Positions 28,113 to 37,058 of a stretch of DNA of 64,000 nt are shown here, in pieces. Where the stretch lies: contig CAWBNQ010000002.1 in assembly GCA_963790205.1 (NCBI GenBank), positions 172,502 through 236,501 of the forward strand, written 5' to 3'. Numbering within the stretch: the first letter of the stretch is position 1; the number at the start of each line of letters is the position of its first letter. Origin of the DNA: Nitrospirota bacterium. GTDB taxonomy: Bacteria; Nitrospirota; UBA9217. The notes under the pieces are model-generated. The model had not been told where the DNA came from. It did not search any database and was given only the letters and a program-made list of their open reading frames with translations. The position numbers and the translations under genes are program-made.

Positions 28113-30527
28113 ATGAAACTCACAGACAATGATATAAGTTCCATCGTGAAACACCTAGAATCTGGCGAATCTTTGCCCGAAAAGTGGCGCAGCAAATTGT
28201 TTCCTGATAGCAGCCATTCGACTGAAATTGGCAAGGAATATCGGCTTGTCTATGAAGGCAAAATGCGTCGCGAGGAAGTCTTGGCTCAGACGCCAGCAGC
28301 ACCCTGGCAGCTTGTGCGCCGTTTTTGTACCGATCGACCTCATCCAGACGGTTGGCACAATTTACTTGTTTGGGGTGACAATCTTCTTGCGCTACGTGAA
28401 CTGTTTGCTGACCAGCAGGGACAGAACTGCTTCGGCACCCGCGATAAGATAAAGTTGATCTATATTGATCCGCCATTTGCTACGAAGCAGGATTTCATGA
28501 AGGATAAGGAAAAAGCCTACCGAGATAAAGTCCTTGGTTCGCAGTTCATTGAATTTCTCCGCAAAAGACTAATTCTCCTTCGTGAGCTTCTGGCCGATGA
28601 CGGAATGATCTATGTTCATCTTGATTACAAAAAAAGCCACTATATCAAAACCGTTTTGGATGAAGTGTTTGGTGAGGAAAACTTTCAAAACGAGATCGTG
28701 TGGGAGCGAACGAATGCTCACAATATGCCGACGAAAACTTTCGCGAGAGCTCACGATTCCATATTCCTTTACTCGAAGTCGGATAAATTCTATTTTCACA
28801 AGCTACGAGAGGCTTACGGCGAAGCTCAGCTTAAGCGGTTCAAGCGTGACAAGGATGGAAGGCTTTACACGGGTAGAGACTTAACGTTTAGTGGCGAAAA
28901 TCCGAAGCGGCGCGACGAATGGCGTGGTTCAAAACCACCGCGGGGTCGATCTTGGGGCTCCTCACTCGAACAGCGGGAAAAGTGGTGGGCCGATGGACTG
29001 ATTCTTACAAAGAAAGACGGGACGCCACGGCTGGATGGTTTAAAAACGTATTTAGATGATCTCGAAGGAAAGCCGATCAATACAATCTGGAATGACCTTA
29101 GCCGTATAGGGAATACCTCAGGGGAGCGCACTGATTATCCAACTCAAAAGCCGGAGCAACTGCTTGAAAGAATTATCAGGGCGTCTTCAGATGTGGGCGA
29201 CATTGTGCTGGATGGCTTTGCAGGTAGTGGTACGACAGCGGCCGTGGCAGAAAAATTAGGCCGCCGCTGGATCGCAATGGATTGCGGTAAGCTTGCAATC
29301 AATACCACACAAAAGCGGCTGTTCTCTCTTACTAATACTGTCGGCAATGTTAAAAAAGATGACCGCGATGAGCCGGCGCGTGTAGAAGATTGGGCAGCCC
29401 ACTTGAAGAATGCGCCAGGTATATTTCTCATCACAGAAAAAGCGCGAAAAGGTGAATGTGATATCACTCTTGAGCTACTTGAAGATTGGGCTGCCTTGGT
29501 TAAGAAAAACGGCTTAATGAAGAAGGATTCGGCGTTTTCATTGGCCTGTCCGGAAGACAAACTGAAAATACCATCAACAAAGCTGGATGACACGGACGAG
29601 GGGCCGGGGGTTAAACAGATTAAGATCAAGGGGATTGAGTTTAGAATATCTTACATAGATCCAAAAGAGAAAACAGACAAGGAAAAGCCGCTTTCGGCAA
29701 AAGAGTTCGCTCTTTATCGCGCAGGTGTGTATGACATGGCGGCCATTAAAGAGATGCCATGGCAGGAGTACCGTCCATTTGTTCTCAAACTATTCAGCGT
29801 CCGCGAGCATCCACACGAACGTTATGGATTTTCGCTTGATGGATATGTGAACACGCATTCCACCTTGGTTTGGAACTATCCTGATTATAAAAAACTAACG
29901 ATTGATCACGGCTATGTGGAAGACTTACACCGTACACTTCGAGGTCGTCCTGGAGACCGTTTCTATATTATTGCACCGGTAGTTGCTATGGCCTTTGCTG
30001 AAGATGAAGTGGTTCGCGAAAGTACGACGTATGTTTTCCTCAAGGTACCGCTTTCGGTACTTCTACGCCTGATTGAGAAGAAGGAGCCCGCCGCGTTTAA
30101 ACAGCCGACCAAAGAAGCGGATGTGAACGAGGTAATAGACGCAATCGGTTTTGATTTTATCTCGCAGCCGCAAGTGAAGGTAAAGGCCAAGAAGGAAAAG
30201 CGAAAGGGGGATATGTTCCCCGATTGCGTGCTGGAAATCCGCGAGTTCCGAGCGCAAACACTTGCGACGGACGTTGAGGATTTCGCAAATTTCGAAACCT
30301 TCTCAATGGCTATGGTAGACCTTGATTACGATGGCGATGTATTTAAACTCGGCAAAGTCTTCTGGGCCGAAGATCTGTTAAAAGAAGCCGGTGGGTTGGA
30401 AAAAGCTGATCGGCTCACTGTACGTATCCCCGAGCAAGATTTTAACGGGAAAAAGATGATGGTAATTCTCTGTGACCGGTACGGAAACGAAAAGACGCTT
30501 GTATTCGACAAAAAGGAGTTCAGATGA
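28113..30527 (+). CDS. mod: Type III RM methyltransferase subunit
   Basis: WGDNL, IYIDPPF, YPTQKPEQLL, DGFAGSGTT; DRYGNE C-terminus. Confidence 0.88.
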   Translation: MKLTDNDISSIVKHLESGESLPEKWRSKLFPDSSHSTEIGKEYRLVYEGKMRREEVLAQTPAAPWQLVRRFCTDRPHPDGWHNLLVWGDNLLALRELFADQQGQNCFGTRDKIKLIYIDPPFATKQDFMKDKEKAYRDKVLGSQFIEFLRKRLILLRELLADDGMIYVHLDYKKSHYIKTVLDEVFGEENFQNEIVWERTNAHNMPTKTFARAHDSIFLYSKSDKFYFHKLREAYGEAQLKRFKRDKDGRLYTGRDLTFSGENPKRRDEWRGSKPPRGRSWGSSLEQREKWWADGLILTKKDGTPRLDGLKTYLDDLEGKPINTIWNDLSRIGNTSGERTDYPTQKPEQLLERIIRASSDVGDIVLDGFAGSGTTAAVAEKLGRRWIAMDCGKLAINTTQKRLFSLTNTVGNVKKDDRDEPARVEDWAAHLKNAPGIFLITEKARKGECDITLELLEDWAALVKKNGLMKKDSAFSLACPEDKLKIPSTKLDDTDEGPGVKQIKIKGIEFRISYIDPKEKTDKEKPLSAKEFALYRAGVYDMAAIKEMPWQEYRPFVLKLFSVREHPHERYGFSLDGYVNTHSTLVWNYPDYKKLTIDHGYVEDLHRTLRGRPGDRFYIIAPVVAMAFAEDEVVRESTTYVFLKVPLSVLLRLIEKKEPAAFKQPTKEADVNEVIDAIGFDFISQPQVKVKAKKEKRKGDMFPDCVLEIREFRAQTLATDVEDFANFETFSMAMVDLDYDGDVFKLGKVFWAEDLLKEAGGLEKADRLTVRIPEQDFNGKKMMVILCDRYGNEKTLVFDKKEFR

Positions 30528-33115
30528 GCCTGCAATTTCAAATAATGGATCAGGTACTTCTCCTTGATGACAAGCGCGATACGACTGATGCCATTGTCCA
30601 TAAATACGACGCTTTTTTAAATCTGCTTTGTGGAGATCGCTACGCATTCCAACGTGATGCGGTGCGAGCCGCTTTTCGTTTCCTTGTCTCTGATAAATAT
30701 CCGAACCTTGAACGTCTGGCAAGGGAGAACTGGAGCGACAGCGTCGCCCTCCACCAGCGTCACGACAACCTGGATGCATTTCTGGCCAAAATGCAGCTGC
30801 GTGATCGAAAGGCAGTGTCACTGGACCTTGCCACCGGCACCGGCAAGAGTTTTGTCATGTACGCATTGGCGGCTATAGCTTTAGCTGAAGGCCTTGTGGA
30901 TCGTGTACTTGTGCTTTGCCCTTCGTTAACTATTGAGGAGGGCTTGCTGGGAAAATTCACAACTCTGGCCGGGAATTCTGAGCTTGCAGCTATCATGAAG
31001 GAACTGGGCGCGGTAGCCGCGATCCCTGGCATCAAGCGCGGGAATGAGACCGTAAATAAACACGACATCTGCATTGAAAACATTCATGCGGTTTATGAGA
31101 ATGCTGGTTCGTCCATTGCGGACAGTTTTAGAGGTCACGGCGGGCGTACGCTCGTGTTGAACGACGAAGCCCATCACTTGTTTAGCCCGCAGGATAAAGG
31201 GCTCAAGGAATGGCTGAAGTTTCTACTCAAGGAAGACTATGGTTTCCGTTATATCGTGAATGTAACAGGGACACCCTATATTGGCAGCGATGGCAATGAT
31301 TATTTCCCTGATATTATTTTCCGATACGGTTTGAAACAGGCTATTGCGGACAAAGTGGTAAAGAAACCGAACTATAAGCAAGCGGATACCTACAAGACGA
31401 ACGATTGGCAGAAAACCTACAAAATCCACGAAGAGAATCGCAAGACATATGGCAAGCAGCTTAAACCGATTACGATCGTTATTACACAGGAAATCGCTCG
31501 TTGTGTGGAGGTATGGAGAGAGCTAGTTGATTTTCTGGCGAAGAAAGACAAAATAACGCGCGAAGAGGCTCAGAAAAAGGCTATTTGGGTCACGTCTGGT
31601 ATTCCGACTGGCGCTGATAAAGCTCGTGTAGAAGCGGCATATATTCCACGTAATGATAAGGATTCACCGGAAAAGCAGAGAAGAGACAATGTTGCCATTC
31701 TTCGTCAAGTGGATGAATCATCGAACGAAGTAGAGTGGATCGTTTCTGTCAGCATGCTAACCGAGGGATGGGACGTAAAGAACGTTTTTCAAATTGTTCC
31801 CCACGATTCAAGGGCATTCTCATCGAAATTGCTCATTGCCCAGGTGCTTGGTAGGGGCTTGCGGGTTCCCCCGGGACTTAACAAAGAGCCATTGGTGACC
31901 ATTAATAACCATGAGGCGTGGTCAGGCGAAATTGAAAACCTGCTCAAAGAAGTATTGGAAATTGAGAATACCCTTTCTTGGGGCTATGATCCACGTCGGA
32001 AGGACTTTGTCTTTCCGCTCCATAATCTGCGTTATGAGCCGGAGCAAAAGACAGTAGAGACGAAGCGTGAAAAGGCACGTGATCCGGAAGTAAAGTTCAT
32101 GCCTCAAGACAGGAAGACTACGGAAATGTCCACTTTTTCCGAGACCGGCTTAATGTCAATCGAAATAGAGCATCAGGATCTCTATGATATAGATGATGCC
32201 GTTAAGATAATGCGACTTTTCTTGCGGGAAAAGGATCCGAAGATCGACGTTGCTTGGCCGAAGAATAGGTTGCGCGAGTTTATCATTGATGGGCTTCAAA
32301 AGGCCGGACAAGATACGAGCTTTATCAGTAAGCGAAATGTGCTGCTTCTCCAGCACAGTTTTGGTCCGATGTTTCGAGAACTGGATAAGGAGCATCCCCG
32401 TGTCAGCCAGACCTCGAAAGACGTGGTGTCTGTCGATCTGACTGCAGTACCACCGCAGTCTTTTTCGGAAAGCTCACTAAAAGCTCATGGCTCAATTTGG
32501 TATGTTGCAGAAAAGACACCGCCATTCAGCGGCCTGGAGGTTCATTTGTGGGAGCAATATCTTAAAGCGACGAAGGTAGCCGAAATTGATGCAAGCTTGC
32601 TCAGCGATGATGCGAAGAGTATTGCAGGTCGATTACATATAGCTGACGCGGCCTCTTTTAAATCACCATGGAACGTCCACTACGCCAGCTTCGAGCCAGA
32701 AAGAAAATTCTCCGAACTTCTTTTCGTCAATGCGGACCGCTTTGATGCTTTTGTAAAAATGCCTGATCGCGGCGTCTATTTTTTCCCCTATTCCTATAAG
32801 CCGGCAAAGACCGGTAAAACACATACGGCAAACGAAAATTTCAATCCTGACTATTTTATACGTTTACTAAACTCCAGCGATATTCTTGTGGTTGAAATAA
32901 AGGATGAAGGCGACGATTCAAACCGCAACCGTGCGAAGTACCGAGATGGGCAGAAGCACTTTGATACTCTCAATATCAGACTCTCTGAGATGAAGGAGCC
33001 GTGGCGATATCACTTCTATTTCCTATCGCCGGAAGACTATACCCATTTTTTTGAACAGGTTCGCAAAGGGACATATAAAGCGTGGAAATCTGGATTGATG
33101 CAGTCGTTAAGTTGA
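30524..33115 (+). CDS. res: Type III RM restriction subunit (SF2 helicase plus PD-(D/E)xK nuclease)
   Basis: LATGTGKS, NDEAHH, LTEGWDV, QVLGRGLR, FNPDY...VEIK; ATGA overlap with mod. Confidence 0.88.
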   Translation: MSLQFQIMDQVLLLDDKRDTTDAIVHKYDAFLNLLCGDRYAFQRDAVRAAFRFLVSDKYPNLERLARENWSDSVALHQRHDNLDAFLAKMQLRDRKAVSLDLATGTGKSFVMYALAAIALAEGLVDRVLVLCPSLTIEEGLLGKFTTLAGNSELAAIMKELGAVAAIPGIKRGNETVNKHDICIENIHAVYENAGSSIADSFRGHGGRTLVLNDEAHHLFSPQDKGLKEWLKFLLKEDYGFRYIVNVTGTPYIGSDGNDYFPDIIFRYGLKQAIADKVVKKPNYKQADTYKTNDWQKTYKIHEENRKTYGKQLKPITIVITQEIARCVEVWRELVDFLAKKDKITREEAQKKAIWVTSGIPTGADKARVEAAYIPRNDKDSPEKQRRDNVAILRQVDESSNEVEWIVSVSMLTEGWDVKNVFQIVPHDSRAFSSKLLIAQVLGRGLRVPPGLNKEPLVTINNHEAWSGEIENLLKEVLEIENTLSWGYDPRRKDFVFPLHNLRYEPEQKTVETKREKARDPEVKFMPQDRKTTEMSTFSETGLMSIEIEHQDLYDIDDAVKIMRLFLREKDPKIDVAWPKNRLREFIIDGLQKAGQDTSFISKRNVLLLQHSFGPMFRELDKEHPRVSQTSKDVVSVDLTAVPPQSFSESSLKAHGSIWYVAEKTPPFSGLEVHLWEQYLKATKVAEIDASLLSDDAKSIAGRLHIADAASFKSPWNVHYASFEPERKFSELLFVNADRFDAFVKMPDRGVYFFPYSYKPAKTGKTHTANENFNPDYFIRLLNSSDILVVEIKDEGDDSNRNRAKYRDGQKHFDTLNIRLSEMKEPWRYHFYFLSPEDYTHFFEQVRKGTYKAWKSGLMQSLS

Positions 33116-33249
33116 AATTATTGGATGTCGAAGAGATAGCGTAGATGGCGTCGCGCAGCAAAGGACGCTGTCTGTTCGACATGCCGAATCCGGGGGGGGC
33201 ATTAGCACAAGTGGTAAAACCATAAAACAGAAATCAGGACCTTATCATT

Positions 33250-33714
33250 ATGACACCTGAAAGTCCGAGCGAAGAGAGAAAACAGATATATGCAAGTACA
33301 CGACAGGATCTCCTTGCTCGAAATTTGTCTAATTCTGAAAAGTACGATAATGCGATACTGACCTTATCTACCGGACTTTTGGGTGCATCATTGGCATTTA
33401 TTAAGGATGTTGTGCCCTTGGATAGAGCCGAATATATTCCGTTGATTAAGTTGTCATGGTGGCTTTTCGGCGCGGCTATTGTTTCCACTTTGGTATCATT
33501 TGTCGTCAGCCAGCATGCCATTAAGCGGCAGCTGGAATATGCAGAAAAATATTACTTAGACGGAGATGAAAAATACTTAAGAGAAAAAAACGATCCTGCT
33601 ACATGGACCGATTATATTAATTACACCTCAGGCGCATTCTTTATTGCAGGTATTATTGCAACTGTCATTTTCGTCTCTGTAAATATAAAAGGAGGGACAA
33701 CTTCGTCTCTGTAA
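33250..33714 (+). CDS. Three-TM membrane protein (probably split from the downstream ORF)
   Basis: Three hydrophobic helices; stop is created by a 32-bp tandem duplication. Confidence 0.65.
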   Translation: MTPESPSEERKQIYASTRQDLLARNLSNSEKYDNAILTLSTGLLGASLAFIKDVVPLDRAEYIPLIKLSWWLFGAAIVSTLVSFVVSQHAIKRQLEYAEKYYLDGDEKYLREKNDPATWTDYINYTSGAFFIAGIIATVIFVSVNIKGGTTSSL

Positions 33715-33733
33715 ATATAAAAGGAGGGACAAC
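33670..33733. repeat. Perfect 32-bp tandem duplication
   Basis: TTCGTCTCTGTAAATATAAAAGGAGGGACAAC at 33670-33701 and 33702-33733. Confidence 0.95.
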
Positions 33734-33734
33734 C

Positions 33735-34001
33735 ATGTCTAAGGATTCGAAGCAGCAGTTAAATGAAGGAGCGCCAGTGCCGAAACTACAGTGTCTTACC
33801 GGAATTCCTGAAAAGCAGGATACATCATTCCAACATGTACAAGGTGGAGCTCCGGTTCCGTCAATGCAAAAGATTGAGAGTGCTCCTGCAAAAAAGGGCG
33901 CGCCTGTACCCGCCATGCAGCCAGTTTCACAGCCGGCGCAGACGGGTCAACAAAACCAAGGTTCCCAAGGCAATCAGGTTGGTAACGCCGACAAGAAGTG
34001 A
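33735..34001 (+). CDS. Small disordered protein with three GAPVPx(M/L)Q repeats
   Basis: GAPVPKLQ, GAPVPSMQ, GAPVPAMQ; strong AAGGAGG RBS. Confidence 0.6.
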   Translation: MSKDSKQQLNEGAPVPKLQCLTGIPEKQDTSFQHVQGGAPVPSMQKIESAPAKKGAPVPAMQPVSQPAQTGQQNQGSQGNQVGNADKK

Positions 34002-34035
34002 ACATGCAATGCTGTACTGAAATATCATTGGACCT

Positions 34036-35196
34036 ATGTCAAAACAGATTAAAGCTAAAATAACGCCTCAAGTTCTTATCTGGGCGCGGAATCTCTGCAA
34101 CCTCTCGCTTGAAGATGCGGCCAACAGGGCGAAGATCTCAGACACTAAGTTACAAGCGTGGGAAGAGGGCAATGACTTACCCTCCGTACCGCAAGCTAGG
34201 AATCTTGCGGCTCTTTATCGTGTGCCACTAATTTCCCTTTGGCTAAATACGCCACCTACTGATATCAAAATCCCAAAGATACGTGACTTCAGAAGACTAC
34301 CCGGAACTGCTTCAAAAGGGCTTTCTTATAATCTCACGATAGCAATTCGCGAGGCGATTAGCCGTCGCGAACTGGCGTTTGAGTTAGCTGAGAATGTAAA
34401 GAAAACGATACAGTCGTTCTCACTTCATTATCCTACAAGTGTAAGCGTTGATAGTATATCGCCAGAAGTGCGGCGGATTCTCGCTATTGACTGGGATGAA
34501 CAGCGAAAGTGGAAAGATTCACGTATAGCATTCAATGCACTTAAGGAAAAGATAGAAAATGTAGGGGTCCTCGTATTTCAATATCCGAGAATATCGGTGA
34601 CTGAATTCAGAGGGTTTTCAATTTATCATAAGCGTTTTCCAATAATCGGTATCAATAGAAAGGACAGCCCGGCAGCCAGATCATTTACCCTAATTCATGA
34701 GTTCATCCATCTCTTGCTTGGAGAATCAAGCGTATCCAATATATCGGAAATCGAAACAGGCTATGGTCCAGATGAGAAGATAGAAAGACTTTGCAATGAA
34801 GCGGCTGGGGCCGTTCTCGTGCCGGCGGTCGAACTACAAACAGAGCTAGGCTCATCTCGTGATTTCAGCTTGTCGCGACTGAACGCACTGTCAACAGTAT
34901 TTGGTGTATCCAGAGAGTCAATTTCGGTTAGGCTGTATCAGCTGGGGATCATTGATCAGCGTCAACTTAACGTCCTGCTTGACATTATCAAAAAATCATA
35001 CAAAAAAACCGGCAAGAAGGGTTTTGTCCAACCGCATCAGGATTTTGTCAGCAAGACTGGTAAGCCTATTACGCGGCTGCTTCTTGATAACTTGTCGCGC
35101 GGCCATATAACGGAAAACGATTTTTCAGATTATTCGGGCCTTAAGTTGAAGCAAATACCAAAGGTTGGGCAGGCTGTTTTGGTGTCTGGTGATTAA
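34036..35196 (+). CDS. XRE-HTH plus ImmA/IrrE-family metallopeptidase
   Basis: N-terminal HTH (LIWARNL...LQAWEEG), FTLIHEFIH (HExxH), ERLCNEAA. Confidence 0.88.
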   Translation: MSKQIKAKITPQVLIWARNLCNLSLEDAANRAKISDTKLQAWEEGNDLPSVPQARNLAALYRVPLISLWLNTPPTDIKIPKIRDFRRLPGTASKGLSYNLTIAIREAISRRELAFELAENVKKTIQSFSLHYPTSVSVDSISPEVRRILAIDWDEQRKWKDSRIAFNALKEKIENVGVLVFQYPRISVTEFRGFSIYHKRFPIIGINRKDSPAARSFTLIHEFIHLLLGESSVSNISEIETGYGPDEKIERLCNEAAGAVLVPAVELQTELGSSRDFSLSRLNALSTVFGVSRESISVRLYQLGIIDQRQLNVLLDIIKKSYKKTGKKGFVQPHQDFVSKTGKPITRLLLDNLSRGHITENDFSDYSGLKLKQIPKVGQAVLVSGD

Positions 35197-35672
35197 TGGC
35201 AAAGCCGGAGAAGATATATGTCGTGGATACATGCTCTTTCACCACGTTGCACAAGACATATCCCCGCGATGTATTCCCCGGCGTTTGGGATAAGGTAACA
35301 GAATTGATTGAGTCCGGACGATTGATTTCTGTTGACGAAGTTCTGCACGAAATAACTCGTCAAGATGACCTTCTTGCAAAATGGGCAAAGACAAAAAAGG
35401 AAATATTTGTACCCTTAACCGAGGAAGTGCAGGATGCAGCGAAGTATATTGTTAATCGCTTTGTGAAAATCCTCGACTTCAAGAAGAACAAGTCAGGTGC
35501 AGATCCATTCGTTATAGGATTAGCACGGATTCGTCCAGAGGCGGTTGTCGTAACAGAGGAAAAATATAGTGGTGGACCGGATAAACACAAGATACCAGAT
35601 ATCTGTGATGCTCTGAATATACCTCATATGAATTTTCTTGCAATGATTAAGACTGAGGGGCTGAAGTTATAA
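35196..35672 (+). CDS. DUF4411 PIN-like nuclease
   Basis: YVVDT, ADPFVIGLA, VVTEE, KIPDICDALNI; coupled to the ImmA/IrrE gene. Confidence 0.82.
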   Translation: MAKPEKIYVVDTCSFTTLHKTYPRDVFPGVWDKVTELIESGRLISVDEVLHEITRQDDLLAKWAKTKKEIFVPLTEEVQDAAKYIVNRFVKILDFKKNKSGADPFVIGLARIRPEAVVVTEEKYSGGPDKHKIPDICDALNIPHMNFLAMIKTEGLKL

Positions 35673-35697
35673 ATAGCGCACTGAATGTTCTGTATCT

Positions 35698-36108
35698 CTA
35701 TTTGTATCTCTTCTTCTCCATCACAACGCCGACAATCCGGTACTCCTGGTCCTTGTTCAGAATGATGTCTTTATATTTGGGATTGAGAGGGTGGAGGATT
35801 CGCGTGTTGTCGTACTGCCTGTACTGCTTGAACGTTGCCTCTTCCTCGTTGTTCTTCGCAACAATATAGTCGCCGTTCCCGGCCTTCGCAGTAGGACTGA
35901 CGATAAGAATATCCCCCTCGTTGAATTCCGGCTCCATGGAATCGCCCTTCACCCGCAGCGCGAAGTTGTGCTCGCCCTTGACATCGGAATCGATCCACTC
36001 TAACGCTTCTCCTTCATGGAACGACTCGCCGGTTTCAGCCCACTTGCCGGCAGCCACCCAGGATATGACCGGGATCTTCCGCATCTTGCCGAGAGCGGCG
36101 GGCTCCAT
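35698..36108 (-). pseudogene. LexA/CI-like S24 peptidase domain lacking its HTH
   Basis: IPVISWVAAG, VKGDSM, ATFK, LHPLNPKY; no N-terminal HTH and no RBS upstream. Confidence 0.7.
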
Positions 36109-36211
36109 GGGGAGTGAAGAGAGAGTACTTTTGTGGTTTCAAAGTGCTACGGCCGTAAGCCAGTCGGTATCTTACTTATTGCCGGATGTGCTGCGAAAGA
36201 ACACGGGCATG

Positions 36212-37048
36212 CTATTTAAAATCAATTTTATAGAATCTCCTGATAAATTTTTCCTTGAATGCCGAAGGTATCAAATGCACACCGAGCGGGGCCAACCGCT
36301 CAAACAATGCACCTGATGAATAAAATGTCTTGGGCCGACGCTTTCGCAGGATGGAGTATATCTTTTTCGCAGTAACCTCAGGCATCGGCGCTGTTGAAAT
36401 GTTTTTGTTGATGCTTTCCAATGCTATGCTGAACCATCGGCTATAAGGAGAGCCGGCAGGCTTCAAAACGACCATTCTATTCGGAAAATTGGTTTTCATG
36501 TGGCCTGGTCGTACTGCGGATACTTTGATCCCCATGCCGTGAAGTTCATGCCGTAGGCCCTCGGTGAAGGCGTCAACGGCATATTTCGTGGCGGAATAGT
36601 GTGTCTGATAGGGAATAACCATGCTGCTGCTTACGGAGCTGACCAGAACTATCCGACCGGAATTTCTCGCCCTCATGTGCGGTAACGCCGCCTTGACCGT
36701 TCGCAAGAGTCCGAACACGTTTACATCAAATTGTTTAAGGGTAAGATCATCGGGCATTTCCTCGATGCTGCCGCAAAGCCCAAATCCAGCATTACAAACC
36801 AGAACATCGATCTTGCCGTCCTTGTTTATAATATCATCGACGCCTTGTCTTATTGATTCTGCTTTGGTAACATCCATTTCCAGGAAATGCAGTTGATTCC
36901 CGAACCGGGTCCTCGCCTCGTTGACCACCTCCGCACAAGCCGTGAGGCTTCGAGTCGTGCCATAGACCCGATATCCCTTCGATGCGAGAATCTTTGCAGT
37001 TTCCCAACCGATCCCGGATGACGCACCGGTTATGAGAGCAATTTCCAT
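36212..37048 (-). CDS. Short-chain dehydrogenase/reductase
   Basis: TGASSGIG, NAGFG, YSATK. Confidence 0.9.
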   Translation of the reverse strand: MEIALITGASSGIGWETAKILASKGYRVYGTTRSLTACAEVVNEARTRFGNQLHFLEMDVTKAESIRQGVDDIINKDGKIDVLVCNAGFGLCGSIEEMPDDLTLKQFDVNVFGLLRTVKAALPHMRARNSGRIVLVSSVSSSMVIPYQTHYSATKYAVDAFTEGLRHELHGMGIKVSAVRPGHMKTNFPNRMVVLKPAGSPYSRWFSIALESINKNISTAPMPEVTAKKIYSILRKRRPKTFYSSGALFERLAPLGVHLIPSAFKEKFIRRFYKIDFK

Positions 37049-37058
37049 TCTTTTCACC

